From assembly GCA_964016885.1 (NCBI GenBank), contig OZ024756.1:19468001-19532000 (forward strand): DNA of 64,000 nucleotides. The letters are read 5' to 3'. This DNA is from Eledone cirrhosa. Lineage: Eukaryota. This document shows, one piece after another, positions 39,640 to 53,190 of the stretch (position 1 is the first letter of the stretch; every line of letters begins with the position of its first letter). Under the pieces are notes generated by a model that was not told the origin of the DNA, searched no databases, and was given only the letters and a program-made list of their open reading frames with translations. Both the position numbers and the translations under genes were made by a program.

Positions 39640-40430
39640 GGGGTACAACTTGTCAAATCAGACTAAGGAAACAATGTTTCCATTGGTGATACTATCTGCT
39701 AGTCGCAACTCTTGGATATAACTTGTCAAATCAGACCAAGGAAACAATGTTTCATCATCATCATCATCGTTTAACGTCCATATTCCACGCTTGCATGGGT
39801 TTGGACGGGAGTTCTCCCACTTGAGGCAAGAGTGGTTGTCTTGCTTGCATAGGACTGTCTGGCTGGATGCCCTTCCTAACACCAACCACATTTACAGTGT
39901 GGAACTGGGAGGTTTTTACCGTGTTACCTACACGGCCACATTACAGCGTGGACTGTGTTTTTTTTTTTCGTGACACCTACACGACCTCATTTGTTTCGGG
40001 CTGGCATTGCTGATACTATCTGCTGGTCGCAACTCTTGGATAGAACTTGTCAAATCAGACCAAGGAAACAATGTTTCTATTGGTCTTTCCATTGCTGATA
40101 CTATCTGATACTATCTACTGGTTGCAACTCCTGGGTGGAACTCGTCAAATCAGACCAAGCAAACAAATCTATTGCTGATACTATCTACTGGTTGCAACTC
40201 CTGGGTGGAATTCGTCAAATCAGACCAAGCAAACAAATCTATTGCTGATACTATCTACCGGTTGTAACTCCTGGGTGGAGCTTGTCAAATCAGACCAAGG
40301 AAACAAATCTATTGGTCTTTCCATTGCTGATACTATCTACTGTTCGCAACTCCTGGGTGAGACTTGTCAAATCAGACCAAGGAAACTGTTTCCATTAGTC
40401 TTTTCATTGCTGATACTATCTACCAGACAC
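39640..40430. repeat. 60-70-bp tandem repeat interrupted by a SINE
   Basis: cttgtcaaatcagaccaaggaaacaa...ttgctgatactatctactggttgcaactcctgggtgga; a single-copy homologue is at 27550-27635. Confidence 0.8.
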
Positions 40431-40628
40431 AACTTTTGTCAGAAAGAGAAATATGAAATAAAGTGTCTTGCTCAAGGACATAACACATCACTCTATCTGG
40501 CCCAATTCTCTAACCACTAAACTACACAACTTCAAAAGAAAGAAATAATAAATAATATAATGGAAAAAAAAAAAATCATGGAATGAAAAAGTCAAACAAG
40601 TTTTTTTCGTTGAAGTTGTTTTAATTAT

Positions 40629-40639
40629 TTTATTTTATT
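40629..40639 (-). terminator. Candidate AdipoR polyadenylation signal (two overlapping AATAAA)
   Basis: tttatt twice on the plus strand; a U/GU-rich element lies downstream on the minus strand (40540-40600). Other AATAAA sites exist closer to the stop. Confidence 0.35.
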
Positions 40640-42035
40640 AAGATTTTCTTTAACTTATTTATAACATTTTTTTTTTTGAAATGTTTTTTTTTCCAGATAT
40701 GAATATGAAGGAGGGAGAAAATTAGTTATGGGAATGAACTCCCTTCTGATGTATTTATATAATTATATATGTGTGTACATGTGTGTGTTTGTGTGTGTGT
40801 GTGTAGATAGATAGATATATATATCTCATCATTAGTATTATATGTCTATTTTCCATGGTTGCATGGCTTAGACAGGTTATTGTGGTTGAGGTTAGATAGG
40901 CAGGTCAGTATATATATATACATATATATAATTGCTCTGTTTAAATGATTAATTAACCCAAGTGTATTCGTGATTAAGCACTCTACGTCAAGTGTACCGC
41001 TCCATAGATGGAATGGGCCCTTGTAGGTTGGTACTCAACGCAGTATTGATAGAGGAATTAATACACAGAATTAACATCCTATATTCATATTAATTCATGT
41101 ATATATATATATATATATATAAAAACATAGATAAATATATGTATGTATACTTATATATATACATATAAATGTATCTATAATGTATGTGTGTATATATGCA
41201 CATACACACATGAATGCACACACACATATATATACACATGTATATATGCACATACACACATGAATGCACACACACACACACATATATATACACATACATA
41301 CACACATGTATATATGTACATACACACATGAATGCACACACAGACACACACACACATATATATATATATATACACACATACACACACACACATATATATA
41401 TATACATACACACACATACACACACACACATATATATATATACACATACATACACACGAATGCACACACACATACATACACACAAACATATATGAATGCA
41501 CACACATATATATATATACACACACACATACAGTGTAAACAGAGAGGGCTGTACTGGGTATAGCAATGTTTATGGGAGTTTGGCCAGTTCAGTAGATGAG
41601 AATGATAAGTAGAGAGAGAGGGAGGTAGAGAGGGAGAGGGGAGGGAGAGGAGGAGGCGGCGTAACTAAGTTCTGATTTAATTCATCACAGATTCTTTTAA
41701 TTAAAATATGTCAGTGTATGTGTTTTTGTAAGAGAGGAGAGGAAGTGGGATATATATATATATATATATGTATGTATATACATACAGAGAGAGAGAGAGA
41801 TGTATCTGTTAGGTGTACACACACACACACACACACGAATACATACACAATTGTGCTTAGACATATATTTGACACACACACACGCACATATTCATACACA
41901 CCTGCATTTACATAGACTTCAGACACAACTCACACACATACACACACACCGATGTACTTACATGTTGTATGATGACACACACACACGCATGTATTCATAC
42001 ATACAATAAATACACACACATACTGATGTACTTCT

Positions 42036-42071
<36 letters not shown>

Positions 42072-43056
42072 TGCATAACAGGTGAAATATAATATGACTG
42101 CAATGGTAGAGCTATTTGATGTAGGTGAGGACATTGATAATGGTTTGAGGGAGGGGAAAATTGAATAAATCAACACCAGTGCATTACTGCTACTTTATTT
42201 TATCGACTCTGTAAGGATGATAGGCAAAGTTAACCTCGGCGAGACTTCAAATCAGAAGGCAAATGGCTGTAACTCTATGCCGCGAAGCATGTTGTCCGAC
42301 ACTCTACCGATTCTGCCAATCCACCGCCCTAATGACATTAATAATGAAAGTAAGAAAAAAAAAAATCCTAATCAAAGACAGAAACCAGCTTGTCTGGAGA
42401 ACCTAAATTAGACAAGGGCAACTTTTATCGAGCAGTGGGTTGCATGACATATGGCTTATCATAAGGCAGACCACACAGAACCTCTACCGCAGATAAGGGC
42501 AAACTTTTTCAAGCAGTGAGCCATACCTCTAAACCAAATATGGGACACATTTTTTGAGTAGTGGGCCATATGAGATATGGCTCATCTTAAGGTGGACCAC
42601 TCTACTAAACCTCTGCAGTAGACAAGGGGAACTTTTCTCAGGCAGTGGGCCACATCTAGCATTAAACAACTGTGAGTACAAGGTTCTTGAACCTCACCTA
42701 AACTACATATATCATTAAGGATCAGAAATTACTTTATGGAAGCAGCGAGCCACATAAGATAAAGAATTTAGTTTTGGGTGGTCTATTGTTTGGCCTGACC
42801 TTCACTGCCCTCTAAACTATGTAATACCAACAACTAAAATGATTTAGGCAATATATATATAATTAACGTCAACATATACTACATGTATATGAATGTATGT
42901 ATGTGTGTATATATATATATGTCATCATCATCATTAAACGTTCATTTTTTTTTCCATGCCAAAATGGTTTATATTATACATATATAGTTGGGGGTCGATT
43001 TTAAAAAACAAAGAAAATGATATACCTTAATAGGAAAACAAGCTATTATATATATA

Positions 43057-43559
43057 GTTATACTTGGGGAGGGTCATATTGTAATAATATTGCCAGAAAT
43101 AATAACAGAACACACTCACTGTTTGGTTGGTTTTCGCTTCTGTATCTTTTATATCTCCATAGTTAATTTATTTGGCAATCAATGTTTATCATTGACTGAC
43201 CAATGGTTAAAAATACAGATATAAATATATATATAGTCTAACAAAGTTCTTTCGTTGCACATCTGCAACATCATCAGTGGTACTATTATCATGTTCCATC
43301 CTATTGTATTGTAATTTTTACGCCAGGATGGAACATGATAATAGTACCACTGATGATGTTGCAGATGTGCAACAAAAGAACTTTGTTAGACTATATATAT
43401 ATATTTTAACCGTTGGTCAGTCAATGATAAACATTGATTGCCAAATAAATTAACTATGGAGATATCAAAGATACAGAAGCGAAAAGCAACCAAACAGTGA
43501 GTATGTTCTGTTATTATTTCTGGCAATATTATTACAATATGACCCTCCCCAAGTATAAC
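43057..43559. mobile_element. Inverted pair of PLE terminal repeats (palindrome, ~240-bp arms, 22-nt loop)
   Basis: 43057-43302 is the reverse complement of 43325-43559. A solo homologous arm lies at about 37085-37240. Confidence 0.85.
43238..43283 (-). ncRNA. Hammerhead motif in the left arm of the 43-kb palindrome
   Basis: Reverse complement tacca-CTGATGA-t-gttgca(gatg)tgcaac-GAAA-gaac-TT-tgtta. The right-arm copy at 43350 (+) has AAAA in place of GAAA. Confidence 0.55.
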
Positions 43560-45567
43560 AATATTTGTTTCAACACAGGATTTCATATCTATGCTAAACA
43601 AATATATATATATATATAATGACTGTCTATGTTTTATGGTGTGAAGTAAAAGATTCAGTTATAAATGAAAAATTAAAATATTGATTAAGTAATTAAAGAG
43701 ACCTTAATTTGCTGCTATGGTTAAAAATCTAACCCGTCTCTGAGGAACGTACATAGTTTTGTCAAATTTGTAGCAATGTCCTTTGTCTAACGAAACAAAA
43801 AGCTCCATATTAAATGATCATTTCCCAATATATAAAAAACAATCTATTTTGTTAGTTCTGATAAGCGGATGATGATTCTGCACTTCTACAGTTTCGCAAC
43901 AACATTTATAATTCTTAAACAAAATAAAACCAAACCAAAATTCCAGAACTGTACACTTGCACATACACACACACATGCATACATACTCATGCATATTCAT
44001 GTACACTCATATTCATACATATATGCAATCAATAAGTAAACAGAAAAATTATCATGATAGGCCAATGGAAATTAGATATCAATAACAGAAGTATTTCATG
44101 AATTAAATCAATGATTAGATCTATATGAAATATATAATATCAGATCTATATTAAATAAATAATAATAGAACTATATTAAATATATAATATTAAAACTATA
44201 TTAAATAAATAATGAAATAATAAAATGCTAGTGATAATTGTTTTTAACATTGGCACAAGACCAGCAATTAGAGGTGGGAAGCCAATAATATTGACACCAA
44301 TACGGAAGGATGACAAGCAAAGCTGACCTTGGTGGGATTTAAAATCAACTCAGAATGTAGAAAGTCATAACTAAATACGGCAAAGCATTTTGTCCGACAG
44401 TCTACCGACTGCTGCCAATCCATTTCCCTCACCTTATAGGTATAATAATAATAGTAAAATTCTGTGTTAAACAAATGAGAGAAATTTCTCCTGGAAAATG
44501 ATATTTCCCTAAAGGATGTGACAACTAGTTCCAACAATTAGGAGAATATGGAATTCCATATTCTTGTTCTATCTAAATATGATTTCTATTTTAGGCAGAG
44601 AGCCGACAGTTTATGGGGAGGCAAAAGTTGATTACATCAACCCCAGTGTGTGACTGGTACTTCATTTTATCTATCCTGAGAGGACGAAGGGTAAAGTTGA
44701 CCCCGGCGGGATTTGAATTCAGAATGTAAAGGGTCTTAACTAAATGCCCATAAAGCATATTGTGCACTGCTCTACCGATTCTGTCGATCCACCGCCCTAT
44801 CTAAATATAAATATAGAAATTGAAAACCATGTTGAGGATCTGAATGCAAAACGCATGAGATCTGGTGACCCGAAATCTGACTTATTTCATGTCTGAAATA
44901 AACTATATTGCTTGAATGAGATTTAATATTCCAACATAAGTAAAATATATCGTGTTAGTTAAAAGATATTTCAGCAATAAAAATACTGACTGTTAAGGAC
45001 TAAGATACAATTAGTATTAATTAGTTAAAGCAAAGGTTAAATATTTTAATAGATAATGTATTCTGATTTAGGCACAAGGCCAAAATTTTCGGGGAAGGAG
45101 AAAGTCGACCCCAGTGTGTTACTGGAACTTTATTTTATTGACCACATAAGGATGAGCGGCGAATGTAAAGGGCTGTAACTCAGCTAGATGGTGCAAAGCA
45201 TCTTGTCTGATGCTCTACTGATGCTGCCAATCCACAGTCCTATTTTAATATATAATAATAATAATAATAACAAAAAAAGTTTCATACAGTTACTAGTAGT
45301 ACATTACTAAAGCTGAACAATGGTGTGTGGATCAGAAGAAAAATTTTGTTATCACTCCAAAACCAAAAGCTAGTTGATATTTGAAGACAACAGAGGCAAA
45401 AGTGTATAGTTTACAAGCATGGTTGCTATCAATTCTTAATGTCCTGTACCGCATGAAACAGCAGTAGCAAGACATTCTTGAAATGTATAAAACAGCTCTA
45501 TGACTGCATCACATGAAAAATGGGAGTGCATACATAAATGTATGCGCACACATGTAAAGTACAGACA

Positions 45568-45601
<34 letters not shown>

Positions 45602-47221
45602 CATCATCATCGTTTAACGTCTATCTTTCAAACAGACATCTAGGTGTACGCTGCCTCATATATATATATATATATACGTGCACATACAAACGCACACATG
45701 TATGTATGTGTATATATATATATACATACATACACACATGTATATATATATGTGGGATGAAGCGTATTAGATTAAAATGCTTTACAGTAATTATTCCAGC
45801 TTTCTTACTGTCTAGTTCCGATTCTTACCGAGGGGAGGGGGATCCATTCTATCTTTCATCTTTCAGGGTGGCGTTGTGTGGCTAAATCTTTGAAGCATTC
45901 ATGTAATGCTTTACAATAGCTCTTCCATACCCTTATATTCTGAGTTTACTTTCGTTGTCACATTGCTGTTCCCTTGGACTACATCGTTAATGTGAAGTGT
46001 GGAGACTTGCAAATAGGGGCTACTATTGTATCTCCCTCCATACCACTCTTCCTCACCCAAGGAATGCTTTTATATATACACAGTGTAAAAAAAACAGTCA
46101 TCCAATTCCAAAAGGCTATATATTTTTTTTTTTTAAATATAACCTTTTGAAATCGGATGATTCTTTTTTGATACACCTTGTATGTATGTATATACTCTCT
46201 CTCTCACACACACACATAAACATGTACACCTACACACATGTAATAATGACCATCATTAACAGCTACAGAAACATGCACTAAATATACACGCATTCCAAAA
46301 ATAATGCGTCCCACCAACGCACAGTGACTACATTCGCAGAACTGACCACCAAGCAGACACCCACACACATGTGTGTACATACATATATTTCATTTTACAT
46401 CCACCACTTCCTGTCTCACTTATTTCCCTTTTTATTAACTCTTAAAAAAAAAAAAAAAAAAAAAAGATTTCTCTTTTTCAACATTCTTTTATTTCCCTTT
46501 TCTAAGATGGTTGACAAGCAACTACATGCCATCTATTCCCTTCTTTGTTTCCTTTTGTTTTTCTTACTTGTCTGTTTTCCTCTTTCTTCTCTCTCCAAAA
46601 CACCCTCTCCTCTCAGCATCTAACTTCTGATAAAAGACTAACACCTGAAACATTAATACTCTTTTCTAATTTCTTATATGTGTTACTCTAATAAAAAAAA
46701 TCATTGTATTGAGTTCTCTGGTACTAATTTTTTCATGATTTTAACTTATATTTATATAAGTAAATAAATCCGCATATAGATATATATATATATACACAAA
46801 TACACACATATGCACAAACAGATATATACATGCCTATGTACATATATATGTGTATATCATCATCATCATCACCATTTAAAGTTTATTTTCCATGCTTGAA
46901 ATATATGTATGAATATGAAACCTCTCACCATGTATTCTTGTCTTTACTGTTACAGTTGATGTTTGACCTATTTGCAAGCCCCCCCCCCCCCCCCAAACAC
47001 AGTTTCTTCTATATTCGACAAATCCCTCAAGACACAGACAGGCTTTTACAGGCCCTTGTAATGTGCCTCCAGAGTTTAGGGGTTAAAGATCTTAAGTATA
47101 TCTCCATGGTAGTAAAGCTCAATGGACAGTGATGTGTGATGTGTATATAATGCATATACACACATTTTTGTATGTGTGTATAAATACATTATATATATAT
47201 ATAGAAATACACACACACACA

Positions 47222-47296
47222 CAGGGTGCAGCAAATGTAAAGCTCTTTATTTATTAACATAAATAAAAAAAAGAGTGTTACTTTTGCCACACCCTG
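47222..47296. mobile_element. Tc1/mariner-like mini-MITE (similar one at 36759-36837)
   Basis: cagggtg...caccctg termini with a palindromic interior. Confidence 0.55.
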
Positions 47297-48970
47297 TGTG
47301 TGTACATACATATATATGTATATATACATACATATATATGTATATATACATACATATATATGTATATATACATACATATTTATGTATAGATACATACATA
47401 TTTATGTATAGATACATACATATTTATGTATAGATACATACATAGGTATATATGTATATATATATATAGGTATATATGTATATATATATATATACCTATA
47501 TATATATGTATATATATATATAGGTATATATGTATATATATATACCTATATATATATGTATATATATACCTATATATATACATATAGGTATATATGTGTA
47601 TATATATATATAGGTATATATGTATACCTATATATGTATATATACATATAGGTATATATGTATTTATATGTATATAGGTATATAAGATGATGATGATGTT
47701 TACATATATATGTATATATGATTATACACACACTCATATATATATATATATAATTTCCTATAGCAGACTTAAAAAAAAAAACTCTTTAACTGTTTTTCTT
47801 TCTTTCTTTCCAACAAAAATATTTTTGTTTTGTTTCTAATCTCCAACAAGCTCAGATAACTCTGATGGAATGGAAGTAAGTGTTAGTTCAGTCAGACAGA
47901 CAACTCTCGTTCTAAACATTATATAAACATCTTCGACACAGGCAACAAGTCATTGCTTTATCTTATGTTGTTGCTGGTGATGGTGGTGGTGGTGGTGGTA
48001 GTGGTGGTGAAGGTGGTGATGAAATGGGCGGAGGGGAAGGAAAAAAAGTCGTTAGATGGACAAATGTAGACACCCTATCTTGAAATGAAATCACACACAA
48101 ACAGAGAGACATTCATACACAATCACACAGACACACTCATACACAATCACACAGACACATTCATATGTAGACACGGACACTCATACACACTCCTGATTAA
48201 ATCTACTTTGTCGATTTCTGCATTAACCACACTTCAGCAAGGAGCCGCTCAGTCAATCTGCTGTTGTTGCCATTAAAATGGGTTTCAAACAACACCATAT
48301 ATGGAAATTCAGTCACATAAGACAATAAGATATTCTTCTATCCCTCACACACACACATATATATTCATCCACACATACATATATGTATATGTATATTCAG
48401 GTATATCTGTACATAAAACATGGAATGATGGTGGTGGTGGTGGTGGTGGAGGGGGACAGAGATGTACATAAATAAAGATATTGTGTTGATAAATTTAGAT
48501 TGTTTTTTTTTGTTTGTTAGTTTGTTGTTTTCTTTTTACCAATTTGTCCTCTGTTGTTTATATATATATATATTAAAAAAAAAAACACATAAATAAAAAC
48601 CTTCTCATCTCTCTGTCAAGAGATGAAATCAGTGTAGGGGGGAAAAAAATGGAGTCATCAATAGAACCTCCTTCATAGTAAGTAGTGTGAGCAACCTGCA
48701 AGCACACACACACAAATACACACACATGTATACACACAAACACTCACATGTACGCACATATACATACATTCACGTGTATACACACAAACACATATACAAA
48801 CACACGTGTACACACATGTATACACACAGGTGGGTCATCATTAGATTTCAACAATCATGTGTGTATCTGTGTGTCTGTGATAGCAGGAATAATTAAACAT
48901 CATAATACAGATTGGCAGGTTTCTGGGTTAGGCAGAGAGCAAAGGCTTGTTTGTTCCTTGCTTTGTTCCT

Positions 48971-49096
48971 TCAAGAATTCCTAGTTTCTAAGCAGTCCCC
49001 CAGGGTAAGTCTGTAGTTGGCAATGGCTGTGATTCCGTGATAATGTACAAATGCAGCCGCTACAACAAACACGTGGAATATCTGGTGACTCTGAAA
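48971..49096 (-). CDS. ADIPOR: Adiponectin receptor last coding exon (TM7, HxxxH zinc ligands, stop)
   Basis: gtttag|TTT CAG AGT CAC CAG ATA TTC CAC...TCT TGA; 126 nt; FQSHQIFHVFVVAAAFVHYHGITAIANYRLTLGDCLETRNS*. Read manually; not in the ORF track. Confidence 0.95.
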   Translation of the reverse strand, partial: FQSHQIFHVFVVAAAFVHYHGITAIANYRLTLGDCLETRNS

Positions 49097-49159
49097 CTAA
49101 ACCAAAACAAAAAAATAACCATTAATATCAAGGATTTCATTCATCATCGATTTTACATC

Positions 49160-49890
49160 CGCTCTTATAGCCACCTTGTAAGGTGGTTGTACTTTTACCA
49201 TGACAAAAGGCACCCAGTCCACTGTCAGATAGCTGCACTGGTGCCATGACTAAAAGCACCCAGTCCACATTACAATGTGATCGTATGAGTGCCATAACAA
49301 AAAGCATCCAGTCCATTCTGTAAGGTGGTTGTATTGTTACCATGACAAAAAGCATCCAATCCACCCTGTAAGGTGTTGTATGGGTGCCATGACAAAAAGC
49401 ACCCAGTGCACTCTACAATGTGGTCATACTGGTGCCATGACACAAAGCACCTAGTCCACTCTGTAAGGTGGTTGTACTGTTACCATGACAAAAAGCATCC
49501 AGTCCACCCTGTAAGGTAGTTGTACTTGTGCCATGACTAAAAGCATCCAGTCCACCCTGTAAGGCGGTTGTACCAGTGCCATGACAAAAAGCATCCAGTC
49601 TGCTCTACAATGTCGTGATACTGTTACCATGACAAAAAGCACCCAGTCCACTCGACATGTGGTTGTACTGGTGTCATGACAAAAAGCATCGAATCCACCC
49701 TGTAAGGTGTTGTACAGGTGCCATGATAAAAAGCACCCAGTCCACTCTACAATATGATTGTATTGGTGCCATGACAAAAAGCACCCAGTCCACTACTCTA
49801 CAATGTGGTTGTACGGGTGTCATGACAAAAAGCACCCAGTCCACCCTGTAAGGTAGTTGTACTGGTGTTATGACCAAAATAATCCAGTCT
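49160..49890. repeat. ~47-bp SINE-derived minisatellite filling the last AdipoR intron
   Basis: ccatgacaaaaagcacccagtccaccctgtaaggtggttgtactggtg units; compare the SINE body at 10290-10375. Confidence 0.85.
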
Positions 49891-49946
49891 ATAATAGCAG
49901 AAATAACATTTTGAGGAACAAATTGCCAGATTGCTTGGCTACTTAC

Positions 49947-50140
49947 CCAAATATCGAATTTTCCTGGAAACAGTCTCTCTGGAATACGAACTGCATAGAT
50001 GATAGCTCCGGATATGTAGAGAAGGGCCATGAGTGCAAGCCATCCAAGTGATGCACAGTTGATAGCATGGTAGAACCCATCTGTGATAACATAATGCATG
50101 GCAGGGATAATACCACTTAAACCCAAACCTATAAAAACAC
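49947..50140 (-). CDS. ADIPOR: Adiponectin receptor exon (TM5-TM6)
   Basis: taccag|GT GTT...ATT TGG|gtaagt; 194 nt, phase 1 to 0; GVFIGLGLSGIIPAMHY...LYISGAIIYAVRIPERLFPGKFDIW. Confidence 0.96.
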
Positions 50141-50258
50141 CTGGTAAGGAAGAATGAAAGAATGGAATGAGTTCTTAAAGAATCTGTCATTTTATAAGAG
50201 AGAAAGAAAGAGAGAAAGAAAGAAAGAGAGAGAGAGAGAGAAAGAAAGAAAGAAAGAA

Positions 50259-50359
<101 letters not shown>

Positions 50360-50434
50360 AAATGGAATGAAATTTTTAAATAATCAGTCATTTTATAGGA
50401 AAGCAAAAAAAAAGAAAAATGGAACGAAATTTAA

Positions 50435-50748
50435 CCCTTTAGCATTTAAACCGGCCATATCAGGCCAGAATTCTCCCACCTCTTTCTGTTCAAACTGGCC
50501 ACAATTGGCCACTCATACTTATGTTAAGGTATTGTTCTCAAAATAAATAATTGTTTCTACTATTGGCACAAGGCCAAAAATTACCCAGTACATTACTGGT
50601 ACTTTATTTTATCGACCCCGTAAGGATGAAAGGCAAAGTTAACCTCCAAAATCTCATAGATTCGGTATTATGTAAGACAATTATGTAAGATAAAATGTTT
50701 ACTATGAAAATACAATAGTAAATATAGAGTAGTGTAAATGTTAAAGGG
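50435..50748. mobile_element. piggyBac-like TTAA MITE (related copies 39057-39377, 53283-53480, 57455-57608, 62052-62120)
   Basis: TTAA|ccctttagcattta ... taaatgttaaaggg|TTAA, interrupted by a SINE at 50548-50646. The 39-kb copy has an internal 60-bp triplication. Confidence 0.75.
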
Positions 50749-50874
50749 TTAAAATGGGTTGTTCTGTTTCATAGAACCAGAGGCAGCTTTTGGATGGGTT
50801 GGGTTGATAATAAAAGGGTTAAAAGAGAAAAAAAATGCAGAAATGTCTACAATAAAAACCAAAGACTGACTTAC

Positions 50875-51062
50875 CAGCTCTAATTCCTCGGTACTGGGGC
50901 TGGCTGAATTTATCCCATAATGATACAACAATACAAGATATCCCGAGAACAAATATAAGTATGAGGTAAGCAATTTTAGGTTCTAAACGGCAATAAAAAC
51001 TGTAATAAAGCCAAGGTACAAACGATCCCATAGTGAGGAGAGCAATTCCGCAATAGTCCAAT
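50875..51062 (-). CDS. ADIPOR: Adiponectin receptor exon (TM3-TM4)
   Basis: tttcag|A TTG GAC...GCT G|gtaagt; 188 nt, phase 2 to 1; KLDYCGIALLTMGSFVPWLYYSFYC...WDKFSQPQYRGIRA. Confidence 0.96.
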
Positions 51063-52522
51063 CTGAAAACAAACAAAAAAATAAAGTAAATAATAATGGC
51101 ATCTGATTCAGGCACAAAGCCCAAAAGAAACAAATTATTTTGAAGGGGAAAGGGGGGGGGGGGTAATTAAATTGATTCCAATGCATTACTGGTACTTTAA
51201 TGTAGCGGTATTGACAAAATATAAACTAATGTCAGTTTTGCCAGTAGGTCAACTTTGACATTGATATTTTCTAAGTAATAACTATGTAAAAAGTCTATGA
51301 TAACTAACAGAGTCACGCTAACATTATGAACACAATATAGGCAGTGACCCGACTCCATTATCGACCTGCTCTTCAGACTGAAGAGCACATCAATAATGAA
51401 TTCAGGTCCATAACTTCTATGGGTGACTTTGAACCAATGCTCTGCGAAAAGCGCATAACAGTTCAATACACAAACATCATCATTGTTTAACATCCATTTC
51501 CACGCTAGCATGGGTTAGATGGGTTTGTCCCACTCGAGGCAAGATTGGTTGGGTGACCGTGTCTCGCTCGTACGGAACTGTTTCTGGCAGGCTTTCTACG
51601 GATGGATGCCCTTCCTAACACCAACCACATTTACAGTGCGGAAGAGCATTTGGCTTGCAATCGAAAGGTTGTGAGTTCAATTCTCAGACCGGGTGATGTG
51701 TTGTTTCCTTGAGCAAGCAAGACACTTTATTTCACATTGCTCCAGTTTACTCAGCTGTAGAAATGAGATGTTAGGGACTGGGGTCCCTATCATTCCACTG
51801 CAAAGTGGTCGTGGAGATGCCACGGCAAAAAAGCACCCAGCACTCACTGTAAATGAGGCTGGTGTTAGGAAGGGCATCCAGCTGTAGAAATCAAGCCACA
51901 ATCAGTTCCCGTCCCACCCTTGCAAGCAGGGAAAAGCGGACGTAAAATGAAATGATGATGATGATGATGACTGGGAGCCTTTTTACCGTGTCTCCTACAC
52001 GACCACTTTGCAGTGGACGGAATAAAAAACTAAATACATATAAACAAAACCTCATCGTTTTTATTAATATACACACACTGCCTGTGTATCGAGTGCTCGT
52101 ATTGAACAAGCAATGTCTGTGCTTTGAAGGTTTTTTAAAGTAGGGAATGGCCTTGCACTCAACCACTCCCACTCTCTGAGCATCAAAAACACTACTTCAA
52201 AAGGAGAACTGGTCAACATCATTGGATGTTTCTGAAGACGCAGGTTGTTTTTCAGAGTTTCCCTCTCCTAGAAAAGTGTTGTAACAACAACTGGGGGCCT
52301 TTCACTCCCAGGTAAAAAAAAAAAAAAGTACTATTTGGATGGCCGTTGATTCTTCTGAGTTCCTCCACCCTTTGCCGAATCTTGTATTTCATCCTGCAGA
52401 GTGTCCAAATATCACCCTCCTCACCAAGTTACCTTGGTGGTGTTGCTGGTTTAGTCGGTGACGACCAGACCAAGAGACAGGTTGTACTGTGTTACATGTT
52501 ACCAGTAGCACTTGAGAGCGAC

Positions 52523-52570
<48 letters not shown>

Positions 52571-52776
52571 AGTCTTTTAACTGTGAAGTTGTTATATTCA
52601 TGTTACTTATTATATATATATATATAATTGTTTCTACTTTAGGCGCAAGGCCAGCAATTACCCAGTACATTACTGGTACTTTATTTTATCGACCCCGTAA
52701 GGATGAAAGGCAAAGTTAACCTCGGCGGGATTTGAACTCAGACTTTTATATATATATAATTGTTTCTACTTTAGGC

Positions 52777-52944
52777 ACAAGGCCAGCAATTACCCAGTGC
52801 ATTACTGGTACTTTATTTTATCGACCTCGTAAGGATGAAAGGCAAAGTCAACCTCGACGGGATTTGAACTCAGATCGTAAAGGGACGTAACTATGCTGGA
52901 AAGCATGGCGTCCGACCCTCTACCGATACTGCCAATCCACCGCC
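52777..52944 (-). mobile_element. Short tRNA-derived SINE, more than 15 copies in the window (e.g. 8087, 18595, 19977-20166, 20870, 27755, 34805 tandem, 42180, 52626, 53963)
   Basis: Head ggcggtggattggcagtatcggtaga...gagttcaaatcc; tail ...gccttgtgcctaaagtagaaacaatta; many 5'-truncated copies. Confidence 0.85.
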
Positions 52945-53009
52945 TTTTATATATATATAATGATTACAAAAGATGATAAACAAACCAAACCAAGCAAATA
53001 AATACTTAC

Positions 53010-53190
53010 TTATTAAAAAATTTACCAACTCTCTCTGAATGACAGTAAACTGTATGGAAAATCCAGGAGAAACCCAGACATAATATTGCACCTGCAAAAA
53101 ATGCCGAGAAGACAGCTTTTTCTTGCCACTGTATTTCTACGGAGGGTCGTGTAAGGAAATAGATTGCAACCCCTATAAATGCTATGAAAC
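53010..53190 (-). CDS. ADIPOR: Adiponectin receptor exon (TM1-TM2, SxxxH zinc ligand)
   Basis: ttctag|GT...AAT AA|gtaagt; 181 nt, phase 1 to 2; GFIAFIGVAIYFL...EKAVFSAFFAGAILCLGFSWIFHTVYCHSERVGKFFN. Confidence 0.95.
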
